This document shows positions 1 to 13,143 of a DNA stretch of 64,000 nt, one piece after another. Numbering within the stretch: the first letter of the stretch is position 1; each line of letters starts with the position of its first letter. The stretch is from assembly GCF_018350175.1 (NCBI RefSeq), contig NC_058368.1, positions 192,574,001 to 192,638,000 of the forward strand, in the 5' to 3' direction. Below the pieces are notes generated by a model, which ran no database searches, was not told the DNA's origin, and saw nothing but the letters and a program-made list of their open reading frames with translations. The stretch comes from Felis catus (lineage: Eukaryota). The position numbers and the translations under genes are program-made.

Positions 1-1570
1 GGTCAAATGAATATTAGCTGCAAGAATGCTTACGCTTCCCTTATTCAACACCGTGTTTGGAATCCTAAGGGCAGGGCACCATGTGGCTCTAGGGAAATAA
101 CACTGAAGACACTGCCCCTGCCCTCAAGCTGCTCAAACCTCCCAGCTGGACAGGAAGATGCGTGGCCAAAAGCACACAGTTTGCGTTGTTGAGAAAGCTC
201 TGTTAATGGCGGCACTAGGAAAACATGAATAATTCCAACCAGCAGGATCCAGTAAGCAGGAAGGCAGCCTTTGAGTTGATCCATTAAGAATGGGAAGAAT
301 TTCCTTCAAAAATAAAAGGGAAGATTAAAAAAGAAATCTGCCAAAAAAAAAAAAATCTGCCCTCTTCTACATTTCCAACCTCTGCTTCTTCTTCAAAAGC
401 CACTTCCTTCCAAAAGCCTTCTAGGAGCACTCTTTAATATAAGTGGGATTCTCCGTCTTTTGGAATCCCCATAACCCACTATCTGCTCAGTTCATTTGGC
501 TTGATCACCACTATTTGGTATTTATGGATTTCTGGGGCTCTTTTCCTCACCTGGATTTTTTTTCTGTTAAAGAAAACTCTCTGAGGGACTTTCTTACACA
601 CAGTGGGCACTCAGTAACTGAACTGACAGGTGCAGTTCTAATGCCCAAATCAGGGCACGGAGACAAGAGGCTATGTCGTGGGCCCCTGGGATCTGAATTC
701 CCTGCCTTCAGGTGCCTCTGACCTTGGAGAGGACTCTCCTCTGGAGAGCCACTTCACCTCTACTGTAACAGCAAAGATATGTGAGCCTCCTTTTCCATCC
801 AGCCCTGGACCTTCTCCAACAACCCCACCTCGCCCTGATGCCCAGAACATCCCAGACTTCAGCCTCCACTGGGTAACGCATAGAGCGTGTGGTCTGTGGG
901 GTCATGGTGACACCCCACCAGGCAGGCTCTGGCCTTTAGGTGGCTGGCTCCTGGGGGACTCTTACTGGGTGAAGCAGTGACGGGCATACTCTTCACTGGA
1001 CATTTCATATATGACTTTATATCATCCTCATAATGCTGATAAATAGGGGGTATCATTTTACCCAGTTTATAGATGAGGAAACAGGAATTTAAGCTCGCCA
1101 TTCCCCGTCTAGACCATTTGATCTGCAGTGCTTTTCAAACCCATTCTTTCCCCTCCATGCCCACTGCCACCACGCTGGCCTGAGCTCCCATCGCCTTTTG
1201 CCTAGAAAGATGCCACAGGCTCCCAGCTGGTCTCCCTGCCACCTCTGTGACCCCCACAGGTCTGTCCTGCTGACTTTTTGTTTTACAAGCCTGTTAACTT
1301 CTTTATGCATTTGCCCATAACACATGCATATGTATGTACATATAGTTTACATAAACACCTTGAAGTGATCAGAAATAGACTTCATCCAGTCAGTGGAGTT
1401 TTCTTTCTTTTCTGTTTGGCTCCTCTTTTTCCATCTCCTCCTCTCCCCACAGCACCCCATGCCAACATCTGTTATGTGTCCTATCATGTTTTTATCAGTC
1501 CTCAGTCCTTCAAAACTAGGTGTTTGTACTCACCTATACATATACAGGGATAGTTTATCACTGTTTCTTT

Positions 1571-1753
1571 CTTTTTTAAATATCTTTTTGTTTAGTTGAG
1601 AGAGAGAGAGAGGCAGAGAGAGGGAAAGAGAGAGAATCCCAAGCAGGCTCTGCACCATCAGCACAGAACCCGACATGGGGCTCAAACTCACAAACTGTGA
1701 CATCATGAGCTGAAATTAAGAGTCAGTGGATTATTCAACCACCCAGGTGCCCC
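1571..1753 (-). mobile_element. Can-SINE (SINEC)
   Basis: T-rich tail, (GA)n, GAATCCCAAGCAGGCTC body, ends CCCAGGTGCCCC. Confidence 0.9.
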
Positions 1754-1873
1754 TCGAGTTATTTTTTTTCAAGCTCTATTTTTTTGCCTAATGACTTTTA
1801 GTATCTTTTGCCATACTAAATAAAGATTGCATATCTATATGAATACACACACATTAAAAAAAAATAGCTTCCT

Positions 1874-2080
1874 GGGGCGCCTGGGTGGCTCAGTCAGTTG
1901 AGCGACTGACTACAGCTCAGGTCATGATCTTATAGTTTGTGAGTTCAAGCCCCGCATCAGGCTCTGTGCTGACAGCTCAAGAGCCTGGAGCCTGCTTCTG
2001 ATTCTGTGTCTCCCTCTCTCTCTGCCCCTCCCCCACTTCTGCTTTGTCTCTCTCTGTCTCAGAAATAAATAAACATTAAA
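1874..2080 (+). mobile_element. Can-SINE (SINEC_Fc-like)
   Basis: GGGGCGCCTGGGTGGCTCAG head, B-box-like GAGTTCAAGCCC, (CT)n, AATAAA/A-rich tail. Confidence 0.95.
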
Positions 2081-2136
2081 CAAAATATCTTGTTCACTTT
2101 CGGCCTTGAAATGTAAGGTTTCCTCTGCCTCTATAT

Positions 2137-2940
2137 CAGGAGTTGGTAAATTTTTCTGTAAAAGGACAGACTTCCCAGGGCATATGTTCTCTGTTGCAAC
2201 ACTTAACACTGCCATTATAGCAAGAAAGCAGCCATAGACAATATGTTAAGAAAAGTTTCCAATGAAACATTATTTACAAAAATAGGCATTAGCAATCCCA
2301 CTCTAGGTATCTACCCAAGAGAGACGAAAGCATTAGTCCACACAGAAACTTGTACAGGGAGTTCATAGCATCACTAATCACGATAGCCAAAAGGTGGAAA
2401 CAACCCAAATGTCGATCAATGGATGGCGATCACTGGAACTGATGAAGGATCAATAAAATGTGGTATAGCCATACACCTATAAAAATGAATGAAGTACCGA
2501 TACATGCTACAACATGGATAAACCTTGAAAACATTATGAGTGGAAGAAGCCAGACACCAAAGCTCACCCATTGTTAGATTGTTTTTTTTTTTTTTTGTGA
2601 AATGTCCAGAAGAGGCAAATCCATAGAAACAGAAAGATCAGTGGTTGCCAGGGGGTAGGGGGAGGATAGGAGATAGGGGGTTGATAGCCAATGGGTATGG
2701 GGTTTCTTTTTGAGGTTATGAAAATGTTCTAGAATTGACTTTGGTGATGGTTGCACAGGTATGTGAATATACTAAAAGCCATGTAATTGTACACTTTAAA
2801 CGGGTATATTATATGGTATGTGAATTATATCTCAATAAAGCTGTTATGAAAAACAAAACAAAACAAAACAAAATAAAGCAAAGCAAAACAGAAGGCAGCC
2901 AGCTAGATTTGGCCCATGGACAGAAGTTTGCTGACTCCTG
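2137..2940. mobile_element. MER58-like hAT-Charlie MITE split by an L1 fragment
   Basis: Termini CAGGAGTTGGTAAA...TTTGCTGACTCCTG; degenerate 8-bp TSD CTCTATAT/CTCTACTT. Confidence 0.7.
2290..2885 (+). mobile_element. L1M (L1MB-like) 3' end nested in MER58
   Basis: AGCAATCCCACTCTAGGTATCTACCCAAGAGA...ATGGATAAACCTTGAAAACATTATG...TATCTCAATAAAGCTGTT plus A-rich tail. Confidence 0.85.
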
Positions 2941-3319
2941 CTCTACTTCACACATGCAGGCTCCTGGAATCTCTTGCAATATTTTAACTCTCACATTTAA
3001 ATATTTGATCCATTTTGAAATATAGCATTTTACGGTGTAAGATGGGGATTCACTTTTATTTATTCCGGGGCGTTGTATTTTGGGGCCTGCACCATTTGGG
3101 AAATAAACTATCCTTTTCCCACTGACATGAGGTATCTCTTTTGTCAAATGTTAGCATCTGTATCCTGGAATCTAATTCTGGATCATTTGTCACGTTCCAC
3201 GGGTCTATTTGCCTGTGCCTTTCCCAATACTACAACGATCTTATTTTAGGGACTTGATTGTATGTTCTGGTTTCTGTAAAGGAAGTCCTCTCTTATGTTC
3301 TTTTCTTTCACACTTGACT

Positions 3320-3840
3320 TGCAGCCAGTGAGCTTATCAAAATGGATATCACTCCCTGCTTAAAAGCCTTTAATGGATTCCCACTGCTGTTACAATTATG
3401 GCCCAAATCCTAACCGGCCTTGAATGTTGCATGCTTGCCCCTGCCAGGTTTCCAGCTTCGCTTGGCTGAGGACACGTCACCTGGGACTCCGTACTTTAGG
3501 CATGTTAAAGTCGCTCCAGTGAACCTGCCCCTCCTGCCCCAGGGCCTTTGTACTGGTCGTTTCCTCTACCTGCAATGCTTTTCCTGCCTCTTTGTCACTT
3601 TACGTCCTCTACTTCTTCAGCCTCAGTTTGAGCATCATTCCTGGGGAAGCATGTGCTGACCTACCTGACAAATAGCCTTCCCACATTGTGAACCTATGCT
3701 GTGTTGCACTTCCTGCACTTTTAATATTACATTTATTTGTATAATTTTTTGACTAATGCCTGCCTCCCTCAGCTCTCCATTGTCTTCCTAGTATTTAGTA
3801 CTGTTTGAGTATTCAGTACTCAAAAAAATGTTGAAGGAAT
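3320..3840. mobile_element. L2 fragments
   Basis: TCACTCCCTGCTTAAAAGCCTT and CAGGGCCTTTGTACTGG motifs typical of the L2 3' region. Confidence 0.55.
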
Positions 3841-3843
3841 TAT

Positions 3844-4040
3844 GGGACATCTGGGCGGTTCAGTCGGTTGAGTGTCTGACTCATGGCTGCAGCTCAGGTC
3901 ATGATCTCAGTTTGTGAGTTCGAGCCCCGCATCGGGCTTGGTGCTGGCAGCACAGAGCCCACCTGGGATCGTCTCTCTCTCCCTCTCTCTCTGCCCCTCC
4001 TCTTCTCACTCTCTCTCAGATAAATAAACTTTTCAAAAAA
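3844..4040 (+). mobile_element. Can-SINE
   Basis: Degenerate head, GAGTTCGAGCCCC, (CT)n, tail; flanking AAAAAATGTTGAAGGA duplicated. Confidence 0.9.
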
Positions 4041-4650
4041 TGTTGAAGGAGAGAAGAAACAGGTAGAGACTGAACTTAGGCACCTATCTGCCTGGCTCCC
4101 AAACCTACAGTCTCCCTTCACCATTCTGTGTCCTGCCCTGAGCAAGGCCTCAATGGGACCCTAGGAGAGCTGAGTTCTAGACTCAGCTCCGCCTCTAAGG
4201 CAATGCCCTAAATCTGTTTGCAAAGTGCTTTCTTACTCTTTGCCTCCCATCATCTCAAGATCTTCACAGCCACCTTGGGAGGCAAGCAGTGTGGGGCTAA
4301 ATTTCCCTGATTTTACACTTGAGAAATCTGAGGCCAGGGATGAACTGCACTGTCACAAGGTCAGTCAGAGGCAAAACCAAGAGCCCCGTTCTCTGGGAAT
4401 CCAAATAAATGTTATCTTGGGAAAGACCCTTCCCTGAGCTGAGCCCCAGTTCAGCTTCCCTGTTCGTAAAATGGTGAAGAGAGGTATAGACTGGATGGTG
4501 AGTGCGTCAGCAGTGCCCCAAGTCCTAGGCATCCGAGGTGAAGCCACGTCTGAGTTCCATCTGTATCATTATTGGCAAAATTTTTATGTAAAGGATTTTT
4601 TTTTAATTAAACAGGTTTTGTTTTGAAACGAAGCTTCTAAAAATAAGGAA

Positions 4651-4862
4651 TTTTTAAAAAATGTTTATTTATTTATTTTGAGAGATAGAGAATGAGCACT
4701 CATGTGGGCATGGGGAGAGAGAGAGGGGAGAGAGAATCCCAAGCAGGCTCCATGCTGTCAATGCAGAGTCTGACATGGGACTCGAACTCGTGAACCATGA
4801 GATCATGGCCTGAGCCGAAATCAAGAGGTGGACTCTCAACCAACTGAGCTACCAGGCACCCC
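4651..4862 (-). mobile_element. Can-SINE
   Basis: TTTATTTATT tail, GAATCCCAAGCAGGCTCC, ends CCAGGCACCCC. Confidence 0.9.
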
Positions 4863-5699
4863 AAGGAAAATTTCTATTACTCTGTCATTTGATTGTAACC
4901 ACTGGTAGCATTTTATCTAAGGCATGTTTCAGTGAATATGTAACTAGCAGAGTTAGAATGGGCTCACCCAGAGCGATCTAAAATCCTCTGTACCTCCGGT
5001 GGCTGAGATTCTGTGCTCTTGGAAACCCTGGTCTGGCTGGGTCTGTTTGAGGACAGGCACCCCTCCAGGAAGGTTTCATTTGTTTAGTCAGTCAACAAAC
5101 ATCTGCTTAGGGCCACTATGTGCAAAGCACCAGGCCAAGTCCTTCCACATCAAGGGGTTGGGGGGGGACTGGCCTGTCTGTGGCCATCTCAGGGAGGTGT
5201 TGGGGGGCATGTGCTGTCTGACTGCACGCCTGCACGCCCATCCATGTGTCAAGCGCAGTTTGTATCTGTCTGTGTGAGAGCTTGAGGGATTTTGCACCCA
5301 TGGGATGGCCCAGGCACGGTCCACTTTCTCTCAGGGCTGGAGCTGTGGAGTGAAGGAGACAAAGGGGCCACCAAGGCAAGAACCTCAGTTCTGCCAGGTC
5401 TCCTGGAGGCTAGTGAGCAAACAGTCCCTCAGGAGTCCTTGCCAGGGACTAAGCCACCCTGTGACCTAGAATCCTGGAATGTTCTCAGTCTCGCCCTCTC
5501 ATCCTCCCACTTGGGGAAACAGGCCCTGAATGGGGAGAGGACTTGCCAGAGACACCGAATATGTAAGTGTCAGGGCCAGGCTTCATGCTCCTCTCTGACC
5601 CTCTGCGGCTTCTCCATGCACTTCTAGGGAATTCGCCGAGCACTAGCTGCTACAAAGGCAACTTGAGATGAGGGGGAAACGGGTACTTCAAAATAACAC

Positions 5700-5895
5700 A
5701 GATACAAGCTAATGTGTATTGAGCACACACTGGATGTCAGGCACTGTTTCAATCACTTTAAAAACATTAATGTGTTTAGTCCTCAAAACACCTGGGTGAG
5801 GTAGGGACAACTATTATCCCATTTTCCAGATGAGGAAAATGAGGCACAGAGAGGTTCACTAAATTGACCAGGGTCACACAGCTGCTAAGTTGGCT
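5700..5895. mobile_element. MIR
   Basis: MIR core ATTATCCCATTTTCCAGATGAGGAAAATGAGGCACAGAGAGGTT. Confidence 0.75.
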
Positions 5896-6159
5896 TCATG
5901 GCCGACACTCGTTGCCTCTACATTAAGCAGAGAAGGGACAGAGGCCTTTGGATACAAGATATAGAGTGACACCCGACTCTGAGTTGAGAATGGCTGGAGC
6001 CCTTCTGCCATTCCACAGAATGTTCTTGAAACCTAGTGTGCTGTTCTTAGCTTTGCCTGTGCTGTCTTGCTGTCACTTCTCAGGTGAGGAGACCAAATTC
6101 AGAAAGAGTCACACACGTGCTCAAGATCACACAGCTGTCCCCATGTCCCTTCACCATTT

Positions 6160-6365
6160 TCCAGGCACCATGCTGAATACTTTACTTGCTTTGTTTAATT
6201 TAATCCTCATGACAGGCCTATATGTAGGAACTATTATTCTGTCCATTGAATGGATGGGAAACAGAGGCTCAGAGAGGTTAAGTAACTTACCCAAGGGCAC
6301 ACAGCTAGCAAGTGGCTGAGGCAGCACTTGAAGCCAGGTCTATTTGACCTGAAAGCTGTTACCCT
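6160..6365. mobile_element. MIR
   Basis: GGAAACAGAGGCTCAGAGAGGTTAAGTAACTTACCCAAGGGCACACAGCTAG core. Confidence 0.8.
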
Positions 6366-7856
6366 AAGCAGCTGGCTCTCCTGCCTCACGTGTCCCTGTT
6401 CCTCATAACCACATGCAAGGAGGGGAAAGCACAGACATTGTGCCACATCTTACAGAGGAGGAAACAGAGGTAGCTTGCCTGGGAGCCTATAACTGGTGAA
6501 CATGGGAGCCAGGACTCAGAACTCAGGTCCTTCTCACTCCCTGGCCCAGTGCCCTTTTATTTGTTCCTTCAGGAATATTCCAGAAAAAGTCCTAGGATTG
6601 TTTGTGGTTAGAAGTCCCAGGCCAAAGCAATTTCTCACTTATTATTCTATTCTACTTATTAGTCTACTTATTATTACTTTCCCACAAGCCCACGAAGGTC
6701 AGAACATGCTCCATTTCACAGATGGGCAATCTGAGGCCTGGACAGGGGAAGAGACTTGCCCAAGCCCTTGAACTAGGGTCCCCGACTCTACATACAGCAA
6801 GGCAGGCCCCATGTTTGTTGGCTGGGGGGGGGGGAGGGAGAACCTCTAAGGGGCAGGCTCCAGCTAGCTGGTCTCTCTGCTCTGGCCAGAGGCAGAGGGT
6901 GAGGTCATCACTTTATCAGGCTAATTGCCACCCTGTAGTATAATCCTGCCACTCAGCTGAGACCTGCGGGAATGGTTTCTGGAGACAGGAGCTGTTATTG
7001 TCCAGATGAAGGGCCCAGGGTAGCGGGTGGGGATCGGGGAGGGGGGGGCAGGCTCACCCTCATAACTCCCCTTGAAGCGGTTTGCTTTCTCAAAGACCTC
7101 TGGGCACAGAGACATTTCTCGGGCCTTCTGGGGCAGGACTGAAGGTTTCTGCTGCTTGTGTGGGCAGTTGGCCAAGATGTCAGCCACAGTAATAGCACAC
7201 GGGAGTTGGTCCTGGCAGGGAAGATAAAAATTGAGTAACAGAACTTGGGAAACGGTTAGCACAGCTCACGCCGCCCAGCTAGGAAAGGTCCCAAGAAGCT
7301 GGCTTTGGTGGGATGTGGGTGGGGCAACCTAAAGCTGGATGTCAGAAGGAGGGACTGAGGATTAGAAAGCAATCGTTGACAGTCATGTAATAGCCACGTG
7401 GATCTAGTGGCCAGTGTTCCCAGGCACCACGTGCTCTGTAAACAGCCAACAATTGCTGAGCTCACTGTGGTTAAGAGGCCTGGAATTAAGCAGGCGTGAG
7501 TTCGAATCACTGCGTCCCCACTTCCTAGCTGTGTGACCCTGTGCAGCAGGGCTAGCATGAAGTGAGAGCCTAGCGTTCGGAATTGAGGGAGGTGTGACCC
7601 TGAGACTGAGCGTCCCTAAATTTGTGCACCCTGGATGCCTCTCTTGCCCCAGCCTACACCCGTCTCTGTTGGGCATGTTACTTCCCTTTTCTGAACTGCA
7701 GTCCCATCATTGGTGTGATGGGGGTGAGAGTAGTGGCCTCTGCCTTGGAGGGTTGTGAGGAGAAGAAGAGCCTGGACTGGCACACGGCCAGCACTTGAAA
7801 TGCCACCATTACTCAGGGCAAGGCTCTGTGCTACCTGCTGGGCTCACAATGGCAAA

Positions 7857-8214
7857 TGTTGTGGACAGAATGTTTGTGTCCTCGAAAATCTGTATGTTGA
7901 GATCCTAATCCCCAAGGTGATGGTATCAGGAGGTAGGGTTTGGGGGAGCTGATTGGGTCGCAAGAGTGGAGCCCTCATGAATGAGATGAGCGTTCTCACA
8001 AAAGTGACCCCAGAGAGCCCTCTCACGTGAGGAGACAACGAGAAGTCGGCAGTCTGCAGTCTGCATCTGGGAAGAGCGTCCTCACCAGAGCGGACCACGC
8101 TGGCACCTGACCTTGGACTTCTGGCCGCCAGAACTGCGAGAGATAAATTTCTGATGTTTACAAGCCACCCAGTCCACGGAACTTTGTTACAGCAGCCCAG
8201 ATGGACTAAAGACA
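7857..8214 (+). mobile_element. MLT1A-like (ERVL-MaLR) solo LTR
   Basis: TGTTGTGGACAGAATGTTTGTGTC start, GGAGCCCTCATGAATG, CCAGAACTGCGAGAGATAAATTTCTG, ends GACTAAAGACA. Confidence 0.85.
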
Positions 8215-9939
8215 GGCACACCGGATCCCTGACCTCATGGTGCTTACAGCTGAACCAGGAAGTCATCGGGAAGAGACTGTGATATGAGACAATGGGGGAG
8301 GAGGAGGAGCCAGGGAAAACATCGATGAGAAGAGACAGGTGGGATGAGAAAAAGAAAAATCCTACTCCCCAAAGATGGTCACTTAGAACCAGGAAAGGTA
8401 TGTCTCACTCTGAAAATTACCAAAACCAAGATGAAACCCTACCTCTCATGCTACATATTTAATATAACCCTCAAAACAATTTTCAGCTATCCCCATTGGA
8501 TAAATGAAGAAGCTGAAACTCAGAGAGGTAAAGTGATTTGCCTGAAGTCACACAGCTTGGGCGTGACAGAGCAGGACTTAAATCCAGGACTGTCTGGTTC
8601 TCTCTTCTACAGCTTGACTCTGCAGCTAGCCAGATGCCGCACCTCCTTTCCCAAGCCTCAGTTTCCCTACCCATCGAGATGAAGGTCAGGTGAGGTCATG
8701 GATATGGCAGTGCTTTGGACATTGCAGGGAGTTTGCTGTCTGTGGCTGAAGAATTAGTAGTGTAGGTGACACAGAAAGCACCAACAGGCTCCTCATCTGT
8801 GATAAGCACCCTTTGGGCCCCCTTTCCCCCACAGGATCTTCTTTTTGAGTCAGGGTTCTGAGACTCCTCACACCTTCTTTCCATCTGTCCTGCTCTTAGG
8901 AACAGAAGCGTATGGAAGCATTTGAATCAACAGTGTGGCTACATTTCCCTAGGAGAAAGGCTTTGTTTGGCACCCATTTAACAGATAAAGAGACTGAGGC
9001 ACAGCAAAGTAAGTCATTTGCTGTAGGGGATGCAGTTTGTGGCCAAGGGGGGACCTGAAAACAGTCATACCCCTTGCTGTAGTTTCCAAGTGGGCAAGAC
9101 ACCCCTGCTAAGTCAGCCACGGGAGACAGAAGTTGAAGAGTGGGGGCAGAGGCACCATTCTGCTCTGGGAGTGGGGTGGGGGAAGATAGCCCCCCAGCCT
9201 TCTAGCTCCTTCTCCCTCCCCCTTCCCTGTCCCTGGGGCTAGAGATTTTTCTGTTTGGTGCTAGCCCCTCCCCCACCATGCTAACACCCCCAGGTCCTTT
9301 CAAACTATATTCTCACCTGCCTGTGAGCAGTCTTTCTTACCACACCTTGGTTGCTTTTTTATGGGAAAGAGAAGGGGTCTGGAGCAAAGGGCCAGGTGCA
9401 TTTAGAGATGGGTTCAAGATGGAGGGGGATGGGCATGGGGTGATGAAACAGAACCTTAATCTAGCCAAGCTGACACCTGCATTTTTTAAACTGCTGGAAC
9501 CCAGAGGGATGCTCAAAGTCTCACAGGAAATCAGGAGCAAAAGCTGGGCCTGAACCTCGGTGTCCTGACCTCTGAGTCCAGTGACCTTGCTCTTTGTGCT
9601 GTGACCTTCAGAAGGCTGAGCCTTAGCTATCAGCAGAGGAGGCACTGAGAAATGCCTGTTGACCCATGAATGAATGAATGAGTGAATGAATGAATACTGG
9701 TTCCCCCTCTAGTGGGAGCAGGGGTGCAATGATGACTCCTTTGGGGGACTCTACCCCATAGACAGGGCTTACTCGGTCTAAAATCACCCTTTCTTCTCTT
9801 GGAATTAATTCACCTAGGGTTCCCTCCTTTCCTCAGAGAGTTGTATGCCACCTAGAGGAAGCTGGGAGCTCAGCACCCTCATCTGTGGCGGGTGGGGGGG
9901 GGTGGGGGGGTGGGAAGAGGGGGACCAAGGAGTCTCGAC

Positions 9940-10215
9940 AATTAAATGCCACATGTGATTCTAGCCCAGGGCAGAATCTCTGATGGGGTCTGAGGATTCT
10001 ATGGTAGGGATGCGTTAATGTCCCAACAGTGATGGCTGTATTATGGGTGGTCGGAGATTGTCCATGGTTTTTGGAAATACACACAAGAGTATTCAGATGA
10101 GAGGGGGCATCCTATCAGCAACTGCTTCTCAACTGGTTCAGGGGGAAAACTTCCATGTGTTGTACTTGTGACTTTTCTGTAAACCTGAGACTGTTTCAGC
10201 ATTGAAAATATATGT
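9940..10215 (+). mobile_element. Old L1M (L1MC/ME-like) 3' fragment
   Basis: AATTAAATGCCACATGTGATT...GTTTTTGGAAATACACAC...TTTTCTGTAAACCTGAGACTGTTTC pattern. Confidence 0.55.
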
Positions 10216-11804
10216 AGCATTAAAAACAAATCAAATGAGTTTACTACGGGAAAATGATGCCGACAGTGATACCTCCTTCTTCAGAGTGGCATGGCCATGA
10301 GCTGAAAATCTGTAATTGTGATGCTTACCATCTACCGAGCTCTGACTGGGGGCTTACCCACGTACCCCATTTGCTCCTTGCATGCTCTGTCTGTGAATAG
10401 GTATCATCATCTCCATTTTTCAGGAACTGAGATTCAGAGGGCTGAAGTGACTTGGCCAAAGTGGCTGAACTGGGAGCGTCAGTCTCCCCACCGCACTGTG
10501 CTGCCCTCCCTGAAGTGCCCCCCCCCCCCCGTGCCCGCCGCCACCCCCAGCCGCCCAACAGCCTAAACACTGTCCTTCTTCTTTTCTTGTCTCCACCGTT
10601 CAGGCTTCCTAATCAGCAAGACCTGGCTGTACTGCCGTCTCCCCAGAAGCCTTCTCTGACCCCCCAGCTGGTTCTGACTGTCCATTTTCAGATACCATTT
10701 CTTCCCACGGTCAGTCGTTCGTTCACTGAGGAGATATTTATTCAGAGCCTTCCACGTGGCAAGCCTCATGCCCGGGGCTGGGGGCATGCTGAGGCAGAAA
10801 GCAGACGCCGCCCCCGCCCCAGTGGAAATGGAGATGACAAGGGCAAGCAAACAAATACACATATGATCCCAAATCCGATGGGAGCCAGCAGGGTGGCTAG
10901 GGGGGCCTCAGGGAGGGGACCGTCAGGGGCACCGTGGCAGGCTTGCTTGAGGAGCGGGAGCGAAAGCAGGTCTTACAGAATGAGGTGCTTGGAGCAGAGG
11001 GTCCAGTGTCAGGCAGGGGGAGGTTCCATGGGGCCTCAGAGGCCCTTTGTAAGGAACCTGATGTTTACTCAACTGCAAGGGAAGCCACTGGTGGCTTGTG
11101 AGCCAGGGAGAGCCGATGAGATTTACATTTTTAAAAGATCACCCTGGCGCTGCTGTGGAAGATCACAGGGGACCAGAGTAGAAGCAGATGGGTCCTTATC
11201 TCTCCCTCCCTGTTTTCTGGTGGAGTCTAGGTCTTATCTTGTTTTCTAGAGAGCTCCTTGAGGCCAGGCAGGGCGTCTGTCCGAGAGGTCACAGAGCCCA
11301 GGCTGTGCAGTTCTCCGGGTTGGCTCCATCCCCTAGCCTATGCTCTGTCCCTGTGTGCCGTCTGGGACCCACTCTGCTCTTGGCCCCAGGGGCTCCGCGG
11401 CCCCAGCACGGGTGGAATGTTTGACAGAAGAGCGCGCGTGTTCTCCAAACAGACCTTGATTCATGTTTCCAGGAGGAACTTGCAAACAGACTCTGCTGGC
11501 TGCATCCATCAGAGAAGAGATGGGCTCTGTAAACAAAGGCCCACAGCCTGTCTCTGTCTTTCTGCAGACACTCCTCCCTGCGGGTCCCCAGCAGTGCCCC
11601 GTCCTGGCCCGGCCGCTGGAGCCATGCTCCGTGCCAAGCCCCTCTCCAGAACCTCAGCCACACATGCCCCTCACTGCCTCTATTTTTGCAGGTGAGAAAA
11701 CAGAGTCTCAAAGACGTCAAGCCAGTTGCCTAAGGTCACACAGTCGACCAGCTACTACAGGCACTATACTGTGTTCTCCTATGCTACTAGACTGCTGATA
11801 AAAA

Positions 11805-12050
11805 TTACAGTAACTCCCATTTACTCGTGAGCGCCCATTATGTGCCCAGCACTGTGCCAAGGGCTTTATGTAGATTAACTCATTTAATCCTTATGAAGAT
11901 CCTGTGAGGTAAGGGCTCCTGTTTTTCCATTCCATTTTTCATACGGGGAAGCCAAGGCCAAGAGAGGGAGATCAAGCGATTTCCCAAAGTCCTGCTGAGC
12001 ATCGGTGGGGAGCATGGGACTTGAGTCCAGCCAGGGTGAGCTCAGAGTCC
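11805..12050. mobile_element. MIR
   Basis: ATTAACTCATTTAATCCTTATGAAGATCCTGTGAGGTAAG...GGGAAGCCAAGGC core. Confidence 0.7.
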
Positions 12051-13143
12051 CTGCTTCACTCTCCCCACCACTCACCTGCCTCCTGGGAGCTGGGGGCAGA
12101 CCCTCACTTTTCTCTGTTTGCGAAGTGCAGAAACCAAGGCCCAAAGAAAGGAAGTGTGACTGCATCTCGGCCACCTGGCTTCTGTGGCAAAGTTGAGCCA
12201 GGAGTGTGGTGTCTGTGGGCTCTCCTCTTCAGAGGCCATGATAGGAGGTAGGGAGGCTCGTTCTACTCCTAGCAGTGCTTCTGCCTTATGTGACTTGTGA
12301 CAAGTTATATCCCCTCTCTGACCTCAGTTTCCCCAACTGCTGACAGTTCCAGCCCTCACCCACATTATAAGGCCTGCTATAAAACCAAATGAGCGAAGGG
12401 GCAGTGGGATGGGATGAGTTTCCTGGCCCTGATTCCTGTCCCGTGAATGGAATGTTCAAGCAGCCTCATTCTGGAGTTGAAAGCCCCAGGGGTGGGGCTG
12501 GGTTGGGCCTCCTCCATTGTGAGACCCCCCACCTTGGGCTCCAGCCCAAATTGCCAGACACAGGCCTGAGAGGAGGGCCCCCTCCAGGCGGGGGTGACCA
12601 GGAGCCAGCCGGGCCGGCCATTTGTCCACAGATGGGTGTGCAGATAACAGGCGTCTGGAGATAAGGCAGGGCCTGCTTGAAGCCTAGCGGAGAGCCAGGC
12701 CAACTCAGTGGGGAGGTGGGGTGGAGAGATGGGGAAATCGGGGCAGCTGGGGCAGAGCTGGCTGGCCCCCAGCCTCCAGGACTGGTACAGAACTCTTTCT
12801 GCCACCCTCCAGTACAGGGCTGGTGGCCTCTCCTGTTCTGGACCTGCCCCCACCTCCACCAGAAGAAAACAGAATCAAGCAAGCAAGCCAACAGCACATA
12901 CTTTTATCAGAAGTGCGGCGTAAGCTGGAGAGCCCTGGGCCAGCACTGGGTCCAGCCTAGCCCTGCCCCTGACTAACTGACAATCCATTTCCAACTGGGC
13001 CCTTAACTTGAAATGTCACTGCCCATAGTACACTGCAATTCGAACCCATTTTGGTTGAAAAATATGCACATTTATGTTTTGTATATTCATAGACGTTGCG
13101 AGGAAAATATCCCCACAAATATCAACAGCATCAGTATCTAGAG

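Noticed and set aside
1874..1960. tRNA gene (A/B boxes)
   Set aside because: tRNA-derived head of a Can-SINE; the same applies to all other copies.
10452..11249. 265-aa ORF
   Set aside because: Non-ATG start, overlaps MIR/L2 relics and a poly-C run, and has no recognisable domain.
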